From Acidobacteriota bacterium (GTDB taxonomy: Bacteria; Acidobacteriota; Thermoanaerobaculia; Multivoradales; J023), in contig RFGL01000338.1 in the NCBI GenBank assembly GCA_003697015.1, positions 1-58,365 on the forward strand: a stretch of 58,365 nucleotides of DNA, given 5' to 3'. A program made the translations under genes and the position numbers. Below are positions 33,608 through 42,226 of the stretch, piece after piece (position 1 is the stretch's first letter; every line of letters begins with the position of its first letter). The notes beneath the pieces were generated by a model. That model saw only the letters and a list, made by a program, of their open reading frames with translations, was not told the origin of the DNA and did not search any database.

Positions 33608-35044
33608 GTGGCCATCACCCTAGGACCGTGGATCGGTCATACCACCACCAGCTCGGTCAAGATCGCCATGCGCGGCGAAGAAGGACCCAGGCACGACCGA
33701 GGACACTTCTGCTATGGCGCCGTCGACGTGCTCGACATGAACGGCGATCCGGTTCAGTCGATGTATTGTCACTTGAAAGATTACTACGACTTCACGGGTC
33801 ACGTCGTGATCGAGGGACTCGACCCCGGCACCAGCTATCGAGTACGCTGCGACACCGTCTTTCACGAAGACGACGCGGCGCCGCCCGTCCAGCAACCCGT
33901 TCCCGGCCCGGTGGCGAGCGACAAGAAAGCCAGGACCGGCCGGTTCCGAACGGCACCCGACCCGGACCAACAAACGGGCTTGCGCTTCGTCCTCGGTTCC
34001 TGCCGCTATCTGTTCTGGGACGTCGGCTTGTTTCATAGCGATGCGGCCAAGGGCGACAAGGCATTCAAGTCGATCCGCGCCCTGCACGACCAAGATGCGA
34101 TCGACTTCACCCTCATGGTGGGCGATCAGTGCTACGCCGATCCGCTCAACGTCGTGAAGCGGGCGAGCACCCGTGAAGAATTCTACGCTCGCTATCGCAA
34201 GACCTTCGATCAGCCTCATTTTCAGGATCTGCTTTCTCGCGTGCCGAATTACATGGTCCTCGACGATCACGAGATACGCAACGACTGGTCGAAGGACAAA
34301 CTGGACGATGGAGAGGGTCTCGACGGCGTCTTCGAGGCGGCGATGAACGCCTATTTTTCCTATCAACATCTGAAGAATCCGTCGACGCCGCGTGGTCAGT
34401 ATTGGTACACCTTCGACCACGGTCGTTTCCCTTTCTTCGTCATGGACACCCGTACCCAGCGCATCGTCAAGCCCCAGTACGGGCAGCAGAAGACCATTCT
34501 TGGGCGGGAACAGCTCAATGCGCTTCTCGAATGGCTGCATCAAAATCGCAGAGCGCCGATGAAGTTCCTGGCGACCAGCGTGCCATTCTTCCCCGACACC
34601 AAGAAGGGAACAGACAAGTGGGCCGAATTCGAGCTCGAGCGCAGCACGGTACTCGAATTCCTGCGCGTCGAGCGCATCCGCAACGTCGTTTTCCTGTCCG
34701 GCGACGTTCACAATACGAGCTTCTCGTCCATGGGTTGTCATCAGGATCGGAGCTTTCGAACCACCTCCTTGGTCGCCTCTCCATTCTACTGGCCCTATCC
34801 CCACAGCAGTGGCAGCGATTTCTTCCAGAGTCGGACGATCGAATACATGGAGTGGTCCGACAAGGCTCGTCGCACCCGCGACCGCATCGAATACCGCTAT
34901 GAAGGGGTGGGCTTCGTCCCGGACGAGAGCTTCGCCGTGGTCGAGATCGATCTCGACGAGAAGGGCAGGGCGAAAGGCACCGCCAAGGCCTTCGGCCGCA
35001 AGGGGGCGCCTCACCCGGACTTCCCCTCCGCCTACGGGTTCTGA
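33608..35044 (+). CDS. PhoD-like metallophosphatase / alkaline phosphatase D family protein
   Basis: The GTG at 33608 is preceded by AAAGGAGA. Family blocks are FVLGSCRY, FTLMVGDQCYAD, VLDDHEIRNDW, FFVMDTRTQR and VVFLSGDVHN. GC is visibly lower than in the neighbouring genes. Confidence 0.75.
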   Translation: MAITLGPWIGHTTTSSVKIAMRGEEGPRHDRGHFCYGAVDVLDMNGDPVQSMYCHLKDYYDFTGHVVIEGLDPGTSYRVRCDTVFHEDDAAPPVQQPVPGPVASDKKARTGRFRTAPDPDQQTGLRFVLGSCRYLFWDVGLFHSDAAKGDKAFKSIRALHDQDAIDFTLMVGDQCYADPLNVVKRASTREEFYARYRKTFDQPHFQDLLSRVPNYMVLDDHEIRNDWSKDKLDDGEGLDGVFEAAMNAYFSYQHLKNPSTPRGQYWYTFDHGRFPFFVMDTRTQRIVKPQYGQQKTILGREQLNALLEWLHQNRRAPMKFLATSVPFFPDTKKGTDKWAEFELERSTVLEFLRVERIRNVVFLSGDVHNTSFSSMGCHQDRSFRTTSLVASPFYWPYPHSSGSDFFQSRTIEYMEWSDKARRTRDRIEYRYEGVGFVPDESFAVVEIDLDEKGRAKGTAKAFGRKGAPHPDFPSAYGF

Positions 35045-35050
35045 CGCCGC

Positions 35051-35650
35051 TCACGCGGCGCGGGCTGGGACGGGGCGGGGCGGGGGGGCGCAGCGGGCGG
35101 CGATGCGCAAAGCGAGGACGCCGAGGACGGCGGCGGCGAAGGGCAGGTGGACCGGGTTGACGAAGGCGCCGCCGACGTAATTCAGGGCGAAGATCAGCCA
35201 CAGGAAGTAGGCGCTCACCCGGTGCAGCAAGCGCCAGCGCCGCGGGCCGAGCCAGGCGGCGGTGCGGTCGAAGGAGGTGGCGGTCATCAGCCCCAGGGCG
35301 ACGTAGGCCAGGATGCCGCCGATCAGCTCGGCGGTGGGCAGGAGGGCATGCTCCGCCGGCACCACCCGCGCCAGGGCGAGGATCGCCGCCAGGTGGATGG
35401 CGTGGGAGACGGCGAAGGACACCCCGACGTAGCGCCGGTTGGCCAGCAGCCAGGCGGTGAAGGGCAGCGGCCACAAGCGGCGCAGGCTGGAGGCGGCGAA
35501 GGCGAGGAGGAAGAGGCTCACCGAGGTGCGGGCGGTGGCGCGAACGGCGCGGCGCAGCCCCTCCTCGCCGGTGCCGTGCAGGAGGAAGACGACCAGCACC
35601 ATGGCGCTCAATCCCACCGCCGCCCAGCCGACGATCGGCCAGCCGCGCAT
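35051..35650 (-). CDS. ferric-reductase-like (MsrQ/YedZ-type) polytopic membrane protein
   Basis: The ATG at 35650 lies 2 nt after the large-subunit stop (TGA 35655-35653). About six hydrophobic helices are present, with NRRYVGVSFAVSHAIHL and LHRVSAYFLWL resembling the haem-b-ligating motifs of the family (by eye). Confidence 0.6.
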   Translation of the reverse strand: MRGWPIVGWAAVGLSAMVLVVFLLHGTGEEGLRRAVRATARTSVSLFLLAFAASSLRRLWPLPFTAWLLANRRYVGVSFAVSHAIHLAAILALARVVPAEHALLPTAELIGGILAYVALGLMTATSFDRTAAWLGPRRWRLLHRVSAYFLWLIFALNYVGGAFVNPVHLPFAAAVLGVLALRIAARCAPPPRPVPARAA

Positions 35651-35652
35651 CC

Positions 35653-37881
35653 TCACGCGGCCCCCGCCACCGGCGCCTCGTCCTCCCCTTCGACCAGCGC
35701 CATCAGCCGCTCCGGGGTCAAGGGGATGGCGCAGGGATCGACGCCGAGGGCGTCGGCGACGGCATTGGCGATCGCCGGCGCCGGGCCGTCCATCGGCAGC
35801 TCGCCGATCCCCTTGGCCCCCTGCGCGCCGTGAGGATAGGGATTCTCGACGAAGGCGACGCGGATCGGCGGCACGTCCTCGCTGGTCGGGATCACGTAAT
35901 TGGTCAGCTGATTGTTGCGCATGGCGCCGCCCTCGACCTTGAGCTCCTCGAGCAGGGCCCAACCGATGGCCTGGACGACGCCGCCCTGGATCTGCCCGCG
36001 GGCCAGGGTCTCGTTGAGCACCTTGCCGACCTCCTGGACGGCGACGAAATCGATCACCGTCACGACGTAGGTGCGCAGGTCGACCTCCACCTCGGCGACG
36101 TACGCCGCCCAGCCGTAGGTGCCGTAGGCATCGCCGCGGTAGTGCTCCTCGTCCCAGTGGATGCCCGGCGGCGGCTCGTATCGCCCCTCGCCGACCGGTT
36201 CCTCGCCGGGGTGCTGGCGGTGCCAGGCGCGGATCGCCTCGACCACCGCCGCCCCCGGCGCCGCGTCGCCGACGCCGAGCCGACGGCGCAGGTCGTCGCA
36301 CGCCTTCTCCACCAGCCGGCCGACGATCATCGCCGTGCGCGAGGCCACCGTCGGGCCGCTGTTCGGCACCCGCGCGGTGTCGGGCTCGGCGATCACCACC
36401 TGCTCGGGCTCGAGGCCCAGGCGCGCGGCGGCGATCTGGGTGAAGATGGTGATCGTCCCCTGGCCCATCTCGGTGGCGGCGGTGCGCACCTCGACGCGGC
36501 CGTCCGCCAGACCGGCGACGTGAGCGCGGGAGGCGAGATAGACCTCCCCGGCACCGGTGAAACCGGCGCCGTGGAAGAAGGTGGCCAGCCCCAGACCGCG
36601 GCGGCGGAAGGGCTGCTCGGCGTTCCACGAGCGGTGCGCGGTGCGCTTCGCCTCCCAGCCGGCGAGCTTCAGGGCGCGATCGAGCAGGGCCTCCCGGTCG
36701 GTGCCGTCGTCGATGCGCTGGCCGGTGGCGGTGGCGTCGCCGTCGCGCAGGAGGTTGCGCCGCCGCAGCTCCGCCGGCTCGAGGCCGAGGACGCGGGCAC
36801 AGCGGTCCATGTGGCGCTCGCAGGCGAAGAGGGTCTGGGGCGCGCCGAAGCCGCGGAAGGCGCCGGCGGGAACGAAGTTCGCCAGCACCGCCCGGCCGCG
36901 GATGCGGACGTTGGGGCAGCGGTAGGGGCCGGCGGCGTGGATCACCCCGCGCGACAGCACCACCGGCGACAGGGTGACGTAGGCGCCGGCGTCGAGCACC
37001 ACCTCGACGTCCTGAGCGAGGAGATTGCCCCCGGCGTCGAAGGCGGTCCTGTGGCGCACCCACGACGGGTGGCGCTTGGTGGTCGCAGCCATGTCCTCGC
37101 CGCGTTCGTAGACCAGCTTCACCGGCCGCCGCGCCTTGAGCGCCAGCAGGGCGGCGTGGATCGCCACCCCGGAGGGGAACTCCTCCTTGCCGCCGAAGCC
37201 GCCGCCGGTCGGCGCCTGGATCACCCGCACCCGCTCCGCCGGCCGGCCGAGGGCGTAGCACAGGGCCTCGTGCACGTAGTAGGGGCACTGCATCGAGCCC
37301 CTGACCACCACCACCTCCCGCTCGCCCTCGCCCTCGAGCCAGGCGAGCATGCCCTGGGGCTCGAGGTAGACGTGCTCCTGGGCGCCGGTCTGGTAGATCC
37401 CCTCGACCACGTGGGCGGCGGCAGCGAAGGCGGCGTCGACGTCCCCCTTGTCGATCGCCAACCGTTTGAAGACGTTGTCGTCGCCGTGCTGGATCTGCTC
37501 GCGGGCCGGCGGCCGGCGGTAGTCGAGGACCGGCGGCAGGGGATCGACCACCACCTCGACCGCTCGCACCGCCCGCCGCAGCAGCGCGCGCGACGGATGG
37601 GCGAGGAGCAGCACCGCCTCGTGCACGTGGCGAACCTCGCCGGCGGCGAGCACCGGCTGGTCGTCGACGATCAGCTTGATCACGTTCCTGCCCGGCACGT
37701 CGCGGTGGTCGACGACGATCATCTCCGACCAGTCGACGCCGGCGCCGAAACGGATCTCGCGGATGCGCCCCCGCGGTAGCGGGCTGCGCACCGTCGCCCC
37801 CCACAGCCCCCCGTCGAACGGCAGGTCGTCGACGTAGGGCTCGCGACCGGTGAGCTTGGCCAGACCTTCGCGTCGTTTCAT
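35653..37881 (-). CDS. xanthine dehydrogenase family molybdopterin-binding large (CoxL/XdhA-like) subunit
   Basis: The N-terminus is GLAKLTGREPYVDDL. Further blocks are GGGFGGKE, FRGFGAPQ, MGQG and the C-terminal GAKGIGELP, typical of aldehyde oxidase/xanthine dehydrogenase Mo-binding subunits. Confidence 0.85.
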   Translation of the reverse strand: MKRREGLAKLTGREPYVDDLPFDGGLWGATVRSPLPRGRIREIRFGAGVDWSEMIVVDHRDVPGRNVIKLIVDDQPVLAAGEVRHVHEAVLLLAHPSRALLRRAVRAVEVVVDPLPPVLDYRRPPAREQIQHGDDNVFKRLAIDKGDVDAAFAAAAHVVEGIYQTGAQEHVYLEPQGMLAWLEGEGEREVVVVRGSMQCPYYVHEALCYALGRPAERVRVIQAPTGGGFGGKEEFPSGVAIHAALLALKARRPVKLVYERGEDMAATTKRHPSWVRHRTAFDAGGNLLAQDVEVVLDAGAYVTLSPVVLSRGVIHAAGPYRCPNVRIRGRAVLANFVPAGAFRGFGAPQTLFACERHMDRCARVLGLEPAELRRRNLLRDGDATATGQRIDDGTDREALLDRALKLAGWEAKRTAHRSWNAEQPFRRRGLGLATFFHGAGFTGAGEVYLASRAHVAGLADGRVEVRTAATEMGQGTITIFTQIAAARLGLEPEQVVIAEPDTARVPNSGPTVASRTAMIVGRLVEKACDDLRRRLGVGDAAPGAAVVEAIRAWHRQHPGEEPVGEGRYEPPPGIHWDEEHYRGDAYGTYGWAAYVAEVEVDLRTYVVTVIDFVAVQEVGKVLNETLARGQIQGGVVQAIGWALLEELKVEGGAMRNNQLTNYVIPTSEDVPPIRVAFVENPYPHGAQGAKGIGELPMDGPAPAIANAVADALGVDPCAIPLTPERLMALVEGEDEAPVAGAA

Positions 37882-37962
37882 TCGCTACCTCGAAAAAACC
37901 CTCGATTCGAGTCTTATTGTCCCAGGCGGTAAAGACCAGCGCAAATGGGCCGCCGGATCGCC

Positions 37963-37968
37963 TAGAAT
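37963..37968 (+). promoter_or_regulatory. candidate -10 hexamer (TAGAAT) upstream of the M23 peptidase gene
   Basis: TAGAAT lies 39 nt upstream of the ATG at 38007. No clear -35 element. Confidence 0.2.
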
Positions 37969-38006
37969 GCGGCCCCGCCTGCTCCGGCGGACGACGAGGA
38001 CGCGAG

Positions 38007-39404
38007 ATGAATCTGCCCAGCCGCAAGCGACCGCGACGCCTGAAGCGCTTCGTTCTCGCCGCCGCCGTGGTGGTGGCGGCGGTGGTTCTCTTCTTCGAGC
38101 TGCGGCTGGGGCCGCCGCCGGCGATCGAGGTGGTGGCCGAGCGCGACGGCGTCGGCCGCGGCGGGACGGCGGTGGAGGTGCGCATCGCCGCACCGCACCG
38201 CGGCCTCGGCGAGGTCGCGGTCGAGGCGCGGCAGGGGACGCGGTCGGTGGTCCTCGCCGAGCGCCATCACCGGGCGCCGCCGCGTTGGGCCTTCTGGCGG
38301 CCGCGGGTACGCCGGGACGAACTGTCCCTCACCGTCGGTCCGGACGTCGTGCCCGGCCTGCGCTCCGGCGAGCTCGAGCTGCGGGTCACCGCCGAGCGCG
38401 CCGGCAGCTGGCTGCGGCGCAGCGTGCCGGTGGTGGTCACCCGCCGTCTGCCCGTGCGGCTCGAGCCGCCGGCCCTGGCGGTGCTGTCGCCCGACAACGT
38501 CGCCGAGCAGGGAGGCAGCGGGGTGGTGGTCTACCGCGCCGGCGACGGCGTCCTCGAGGAGGGCGGTCGCGACGGCGTCGAGGCCGGGGACTGGTTCTTC
38601 CCCGGCCATCCCCTGCCCGGCGGCCGCCCGGGCCAGCGCTTCGCCCTCTACGCCGTGCCCTACGACCTCGACGACCCGGCGGCCATCCGCCTGGTGGCGA
38701 TCGACGGCCTGGGCAACCGCGCCGTCCAGGCCTTCCTCCGCGACCTGCGGCTCGAGCCGGTGCGCACCGACGTCATCCGCCTGAGCGACGATTTCTTCGC
38801 CGAGGTCGTGCCCGAGATCCTCGCCCAGACGCCGGAGCTCAGCCCGCGCGAGACCCTCCTCGACACCTACCTGATGCTCAACGGCGAGCTGCGGCGGCAG
38901 AACGCCGCGACCCTCAAGGCCCTGGCGGCCGAGTCGCGCCCCGGCTTCCTGTGGTCCGGACCCTTCCTCCAGCTGCCCGGCAGCCAGGTGACCTCGGCCT
39001 TCGCCGATCGCCGCACCTACGTCTACGACGGGCGGCCGGTCGACCGCCAGGACCACCTCGGCTTCGACCTCGCATCGGTGCGCCGCGCGCCGGTGCCGGC
39101 GGCCAACGGCGGGGTGGTGGTGCTGGCGCGCTACTTCGGCATCTACGGCAATACGGTGGTGCTCGACCACGGCTACGGCCTGATGAGCCTCTACAGCCAC
39201 CTGTCGTCGATCGACGTCGAGCCCGGCCAGGCGGTGGCCAAGGGCGAAATCCTCGGCCGCACCGGCGAGACCGGCCTCGCCGCCGGCGACCACCTGCACT
39301 TCACCATGCTGATCGGCGGTCTGCCGGTCAACCCCCTCGAATGGTGGGATCGACGGTGGATCGAGAACCGCATCCTCGCCCCCCTCGCCGCCGCCGGCGG
39401 CTGA
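38007..39404 (+). CDS. membrane-anchored M23 family metallopeptidase
   Basis: The N-terminal TM segment is FVLAAAVVVAAVVLFF. The C-terminal LytM/M23 blocks are HLGFDLA, GNTVVLDHGYGLMSLYSHL and GETGLAAGDHLHF. Confidence 0.85.
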   Translation: MNLPSRKRPRRLKRFVLAAAVVVAAVVLFFELRLGPPPAIEVVAERDGVGRGGTAVEVRIAAPHRGLGEVAVEARQGTRSVVLAERHHRAPPRWAFWRPRVRRDELSLTVGPDVVPGLRSGELELRVTAERAGSWLRRSVPVVVTRRLPVRLEPPALAVLSPDNVAEQGGSGVVVYRAGDGVLEEGGRDGVEAGDWFFPGHPLPGGRPGQRFALYAVPYDLDDPAAIRLVAIDGLGNRAVQAFLRDLRLEPVRTDVIRLSDDFFAEVVPEILAQTPELSPRETLLDTYLMLNGELRRQNAATLKALAAESRPGFLWSGPFLQLPGSQVTSAFADRRTYVYDGRPVDRQDHLGFDLASVRRAPVPAANGGVVVLARYFGIYGNTVVLDHGYGLMSLYSHLSSIDVEPGQAVAKGEILGRTGETGLAAGDHLHFTMLIGGLPVNPLEWWDRRWIENRILAPLAAAGG

Positions 39405-39465
39405 AGCGCCCGGCCCTCCATCGGCGGAAAAAAACCGAAGGATTCGCCCGCGTACGACCTCCTAC

Positions 39466-40128
39466 GTGTCGATGGCTGGCGGACGGTCCAACCACCTTCA
39501 GATCCGGCGAGATCGCACCCTCGTCCGGCGCATGCTGCGGGGCGAGGAACGGGCGTTCGAGCGGTTCTTCGAAGACCACGCCGAGCGGTTGTATCGCTTC
39601 GCCCTCACCCGCCTCGACTACGACGAGGAGCTGGCGGCGGAGGTCGCCCAGAGCGCCCTTTGCAACGCCATCGACAAGCTCGACGGCTACCGCGGCGAAG
39701 CGACGCTGTTCAGCTGGCTCTGCAGCTTCTGTCGCTATGAGATCAGCGCTCACCGGCGGCGCCAGAAGCGGGCGCCGGCGGCATTTCCCTTGACCGACGG
39801 CTCGGCGCAGATCACCGCCTTGGTAGAGACGGCGAATGCTTCGACCTCGCCGGAAGACGAGCTGCGGCGCAAGGAGCTTGTCCGCCTGGTGCATCTCACT
39901 CTCGACCATCTGCCGGCGCGCTACGGCAGTGCGCTGGAATGGAAATACCTCGACGGATTGAGCGTCGAGGAGATCGCGAAGCGGTTGCAGATCGGGCCCA
40001 AAGCAGCGGAATCCGTGCTGAGCCGGGCTCGGCAATCCTTTCGCAACGGTTTCGCGGCGATCTGCAAGGGCCTGGATGGGCGAGGCTATCGCGGCCTCCG
40101 CCTGACGGCTTCCAGAAGGAGCGGGTGA
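39466..40128 (+). CDS. ECF-type RNA polymerase sigma-70 family factor
   Basis: The region-2-like block is FERFFEDHAERLYRFAL...GEATLFSWL. The region-4 HTH is LEWKYLDGLSVEEIAKRLQIGPKAAESVLSRAR. Confidence 0.8.
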   Translation: MSMAGGRSNHLQIRRDRTLVRRMLRGEERAFERFFEDHAERLYRFALTRLDYDEELAAEVAQSALCNAIDKLDGYRGEATLFSWLCSFCRYEISAHRRRQKRAPAAFPLTDGSAQITALVETANASTSPEDELRRKELVRLVHLTLDHLPARYGSALEWKYLDGLSVEEIAKRLQIGPKAAESVLSRARQSFRNGFAAICKGLDGRGYRGLRLTASRRSG

Positions 40129-41177
40129 TGAGCCAGATCACCGGAGACGAAGACGGCGTGCAGCGGCCGCGACCGGAGGACGAAGAAGACGTGGCACGCC
40201 TGGTGCACCTCGCCGGGCGCAGACCCGCCATGCCCGAGCATCTGCGCGGCCGGCTCAAGCGCGCAACCCACGCCGCCTGGCAGGCGAAGACCAGATCGTA
40301 CGCCGCCGCCCGGAACCGCCGCTTGGGTCGGCTGCTGGCCGCGGCCGCCTTGCTCCTGGCAGGCGGCGGCCTGGCCCTGGTCTGGCAGCGATCGGAGATC
40401 GGAGACGCTTCTCCGAGTCGACCCGGCGGCCGGCTCGACGACCGCGTCGTCGCCACGGTCGAGCGCTGGTACGGCGCCGGCTCGGGCACCGGCTTGAGCG
40501 CCGGCAGCGTCCTCGCCGCCGGCAACGAGATCGTCACGGGCGAGCACGAGCGCGCGGCCTTGCGCCTGGCCGGCGGTCAGTCCTTGCGGCTCGACGAACA
40601 CACCCGCCTGCGCCTGCGGTCCGCCGCCGAGCTGGTACTCGCCCAAGGCGCCGTCTACCTCGATTCCGGGCGCCGTGCCGGCGAGGCGCCGACGCACCTC
40701 GGCGTGACGACGCCCTACGGCGTGGCCCGCGACGCCGGCACCCAATTCGAGGTGCGCCTCGCCGCCAGCGACCTCGAGCTGCGGGTACGCGAGGGCGAGG
40801 TCCGGCTCGAGGGGCGTGAGGAGGTCCACACGGTGACGGCTGGCACGGCGCTCACCATCCGCGCCGACGGCACGGTGGAGCAGCGAGAGATCGCCCCCTA
40901 CGGTCCGACGTGGCAGTGGGTGGTCGATTCCGCACCGCCTTTCGAAGTCGAGGGACGTACGGTCGCCGACTTCCTCGCCTGGGTGAGCCGGGAAACCGGC
41001 TGGCGGCTCGAGATCGCCGACCCCGAGCTCGAGCGGGAACTCGAGGAGATCGTCGTCCACGGCTCCGTCGCCGGCCTGTCCCCGGACCAGACCCCGGCCC
41101 TGGTGCTGCCGACCTCGGGTCTCGCCTACCGCATCGAGGACGGCACGATGTGGATCGAGCGCGCGCCGGGCCCATGA
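40128..41177 (+). CDS. FecR-family anti-sigma factor / transmembrane sensor
   Basis: The ATG at 40128 overlaps the sigma-factor stop (GTGATG). It has a cytoplasmic N-terminus, one TM segment (LLAAAALLLAGGGLALVW) and a periplasmic FecR-like beta-rich domain (LRLAGGQSLRLDEHTRLRL...GAVYLD). Confidence 0.75.
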   Translation: MSQITGDEDGVQRPRPEDEEDVARLVHLAGRRPAMPEHLRGRLKRATHAAWQAKTRSYAAARNRRLGRLLAAAALLLAGGGLALVWQRSEIGDASPSRPGGRLDDRVVATVERWYGAGSGTGLSAGSVLAAGNEIVTGEHERAALRLAGGQSLRLDEHTRLRLRSAAELVLAQGAVYLDSGRRAGEAPTHLGVTTPYGVARDAGTQFEVRLAASDLELRVREGEVRLEGREEVHTVTAGTALTIRADGTVEQREIAPYGPTWQWVVDSAPPFEVEGRTVADFLAWVSRETGWRLEIADPELERELEEIVVHGSVAGLSPDQTPALVLPTSGLAYRIEDGTMWIERAPGP

Positions 41178-41206
41178 GCGCGCAGCGTGACGAGGAGGAT
41201 TGAACG

Positions 41207-42226
41207 ATGGCGAGAACGTCTTGGCCTCTGCTCGGCATGGTGGCGACTCTTCTCTCCTTCGGCTTGCCCCGGCCGGCCTGCGCCGGCCGCGGCGATGCGT
41301 GGCGTTTGAACGCCGCTCTCGAGCGCCAGCTGGCGGTCGCGTGGGAGAGGCCTTGGGCTCAGCTCTTCGGCGACGCCCCCGCGCCGGCAGACCCGCAGCG
41401 TATGGACGACTTCTTCGGCGGAGAGCACCTCTCCGCCCTGGCGGGCGGTCCCTCTCATGCGCTCGCCGAAGACGCCGCAGGCGACGGCCGCCGGAACGAC
41501 GCCGCGCCGGCGGTCCGGTCCTTCCACCGTCGCTTCGTGGCCGACGTCAAAGACCTCGTCGCCTCACCGCTGAGGATGAATGGCCGGCAGTGGCGCAGGG
41601 TCGGCGCGGGCCTCTTGGTGGTGGGAACGGTGAGCCTGCTGGACCATGACGTGCGCGACCTGATCCACGGCAACGACGGCGTCGCCAGCGCCAAGCTGGC
41701 GACCTCATTGCGGCCCATCGGTGATCGCGGCGGGCTGCTGGTGCTCGGTGCCGTCGGCTTGAGCGGACGGGTGCTCAAGCAGCCGCAGCTGGTGGCGGTC
41801 GCCGCCGACGGCTTCGAAGCTTCCTTGCTCGCTGCGGGGGTGATCAGCCCACTCTTGAAGCAAGCCGTCGGCCGCGCTCGGCCGCGCCAGGACGCCGGCG
41901 CCCAGGCCTTTGACGACGGTGCCTCGTTCCCCTCGGGCGAAGTCACCCAGATCTTCACCCTGGCGTCGGTGGTGAGCGCTCACTTCCACCACCGGCGGTG
42001 GGTTCGGGCCCTGGCCTGGAGTCTAGCCGGCACCATCGCCTATCAGCGCATGCAGTCCGACGCCCACTGGGCTTCCGACGTCGTGGCGGGCGGCCTGATC
42101 GGCACCGCGGTCGGACGCTGGGTGGTGCACCGCAATCGGCCCGATCTGCGATCGGGGCCGCGCTGGTCGCTGAACCCGCACGTCGCGGCGAAGCGTTACG
42201 GCATCGGCGTGCGGGTGTCGTTCTAG
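41207..42226 (+). CDS. PAP2 superfamily phosphatase-like protein (secreted or membrane-associated)
   Basis: It has a signal peptide. The PAP2 motifs are C1 KQAVGRARP, C2 FPSGE (the family has PSGH) and C3 R-x5-H-x3-D (RMQSDAHWASD). Confidence 0.7.
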   Translation: MARTSWPLLGMVATLLSFGLPRPACAGRGDAWRLNAALERQLAVAWERPWAQLFGDAPAPADPQRMDDFFGGEHLSALAGGPSHALAEDAAGDGRRNDAAPAVRSFHRRFVADVKDLVASPLRMNGRQWRRVGAGLLVVGTVSLLDHDVRDLIHGNDGVASAKLATSLRPIGDRGGLLVLGAVGLSGRVLKQPQLVAVAADGFEASLLAAGVISPLLKQAVGRARPRQDAGAQAFDDGASFPSGEVTQIFTLASVVSAHFHHRRWVRALAWSLAGTIAYQRMQSDAHWASDVVAGGLIGTAVGRWVVHRNRPDLRSGPRWSLNPHVAAKRYGIGVRVSF

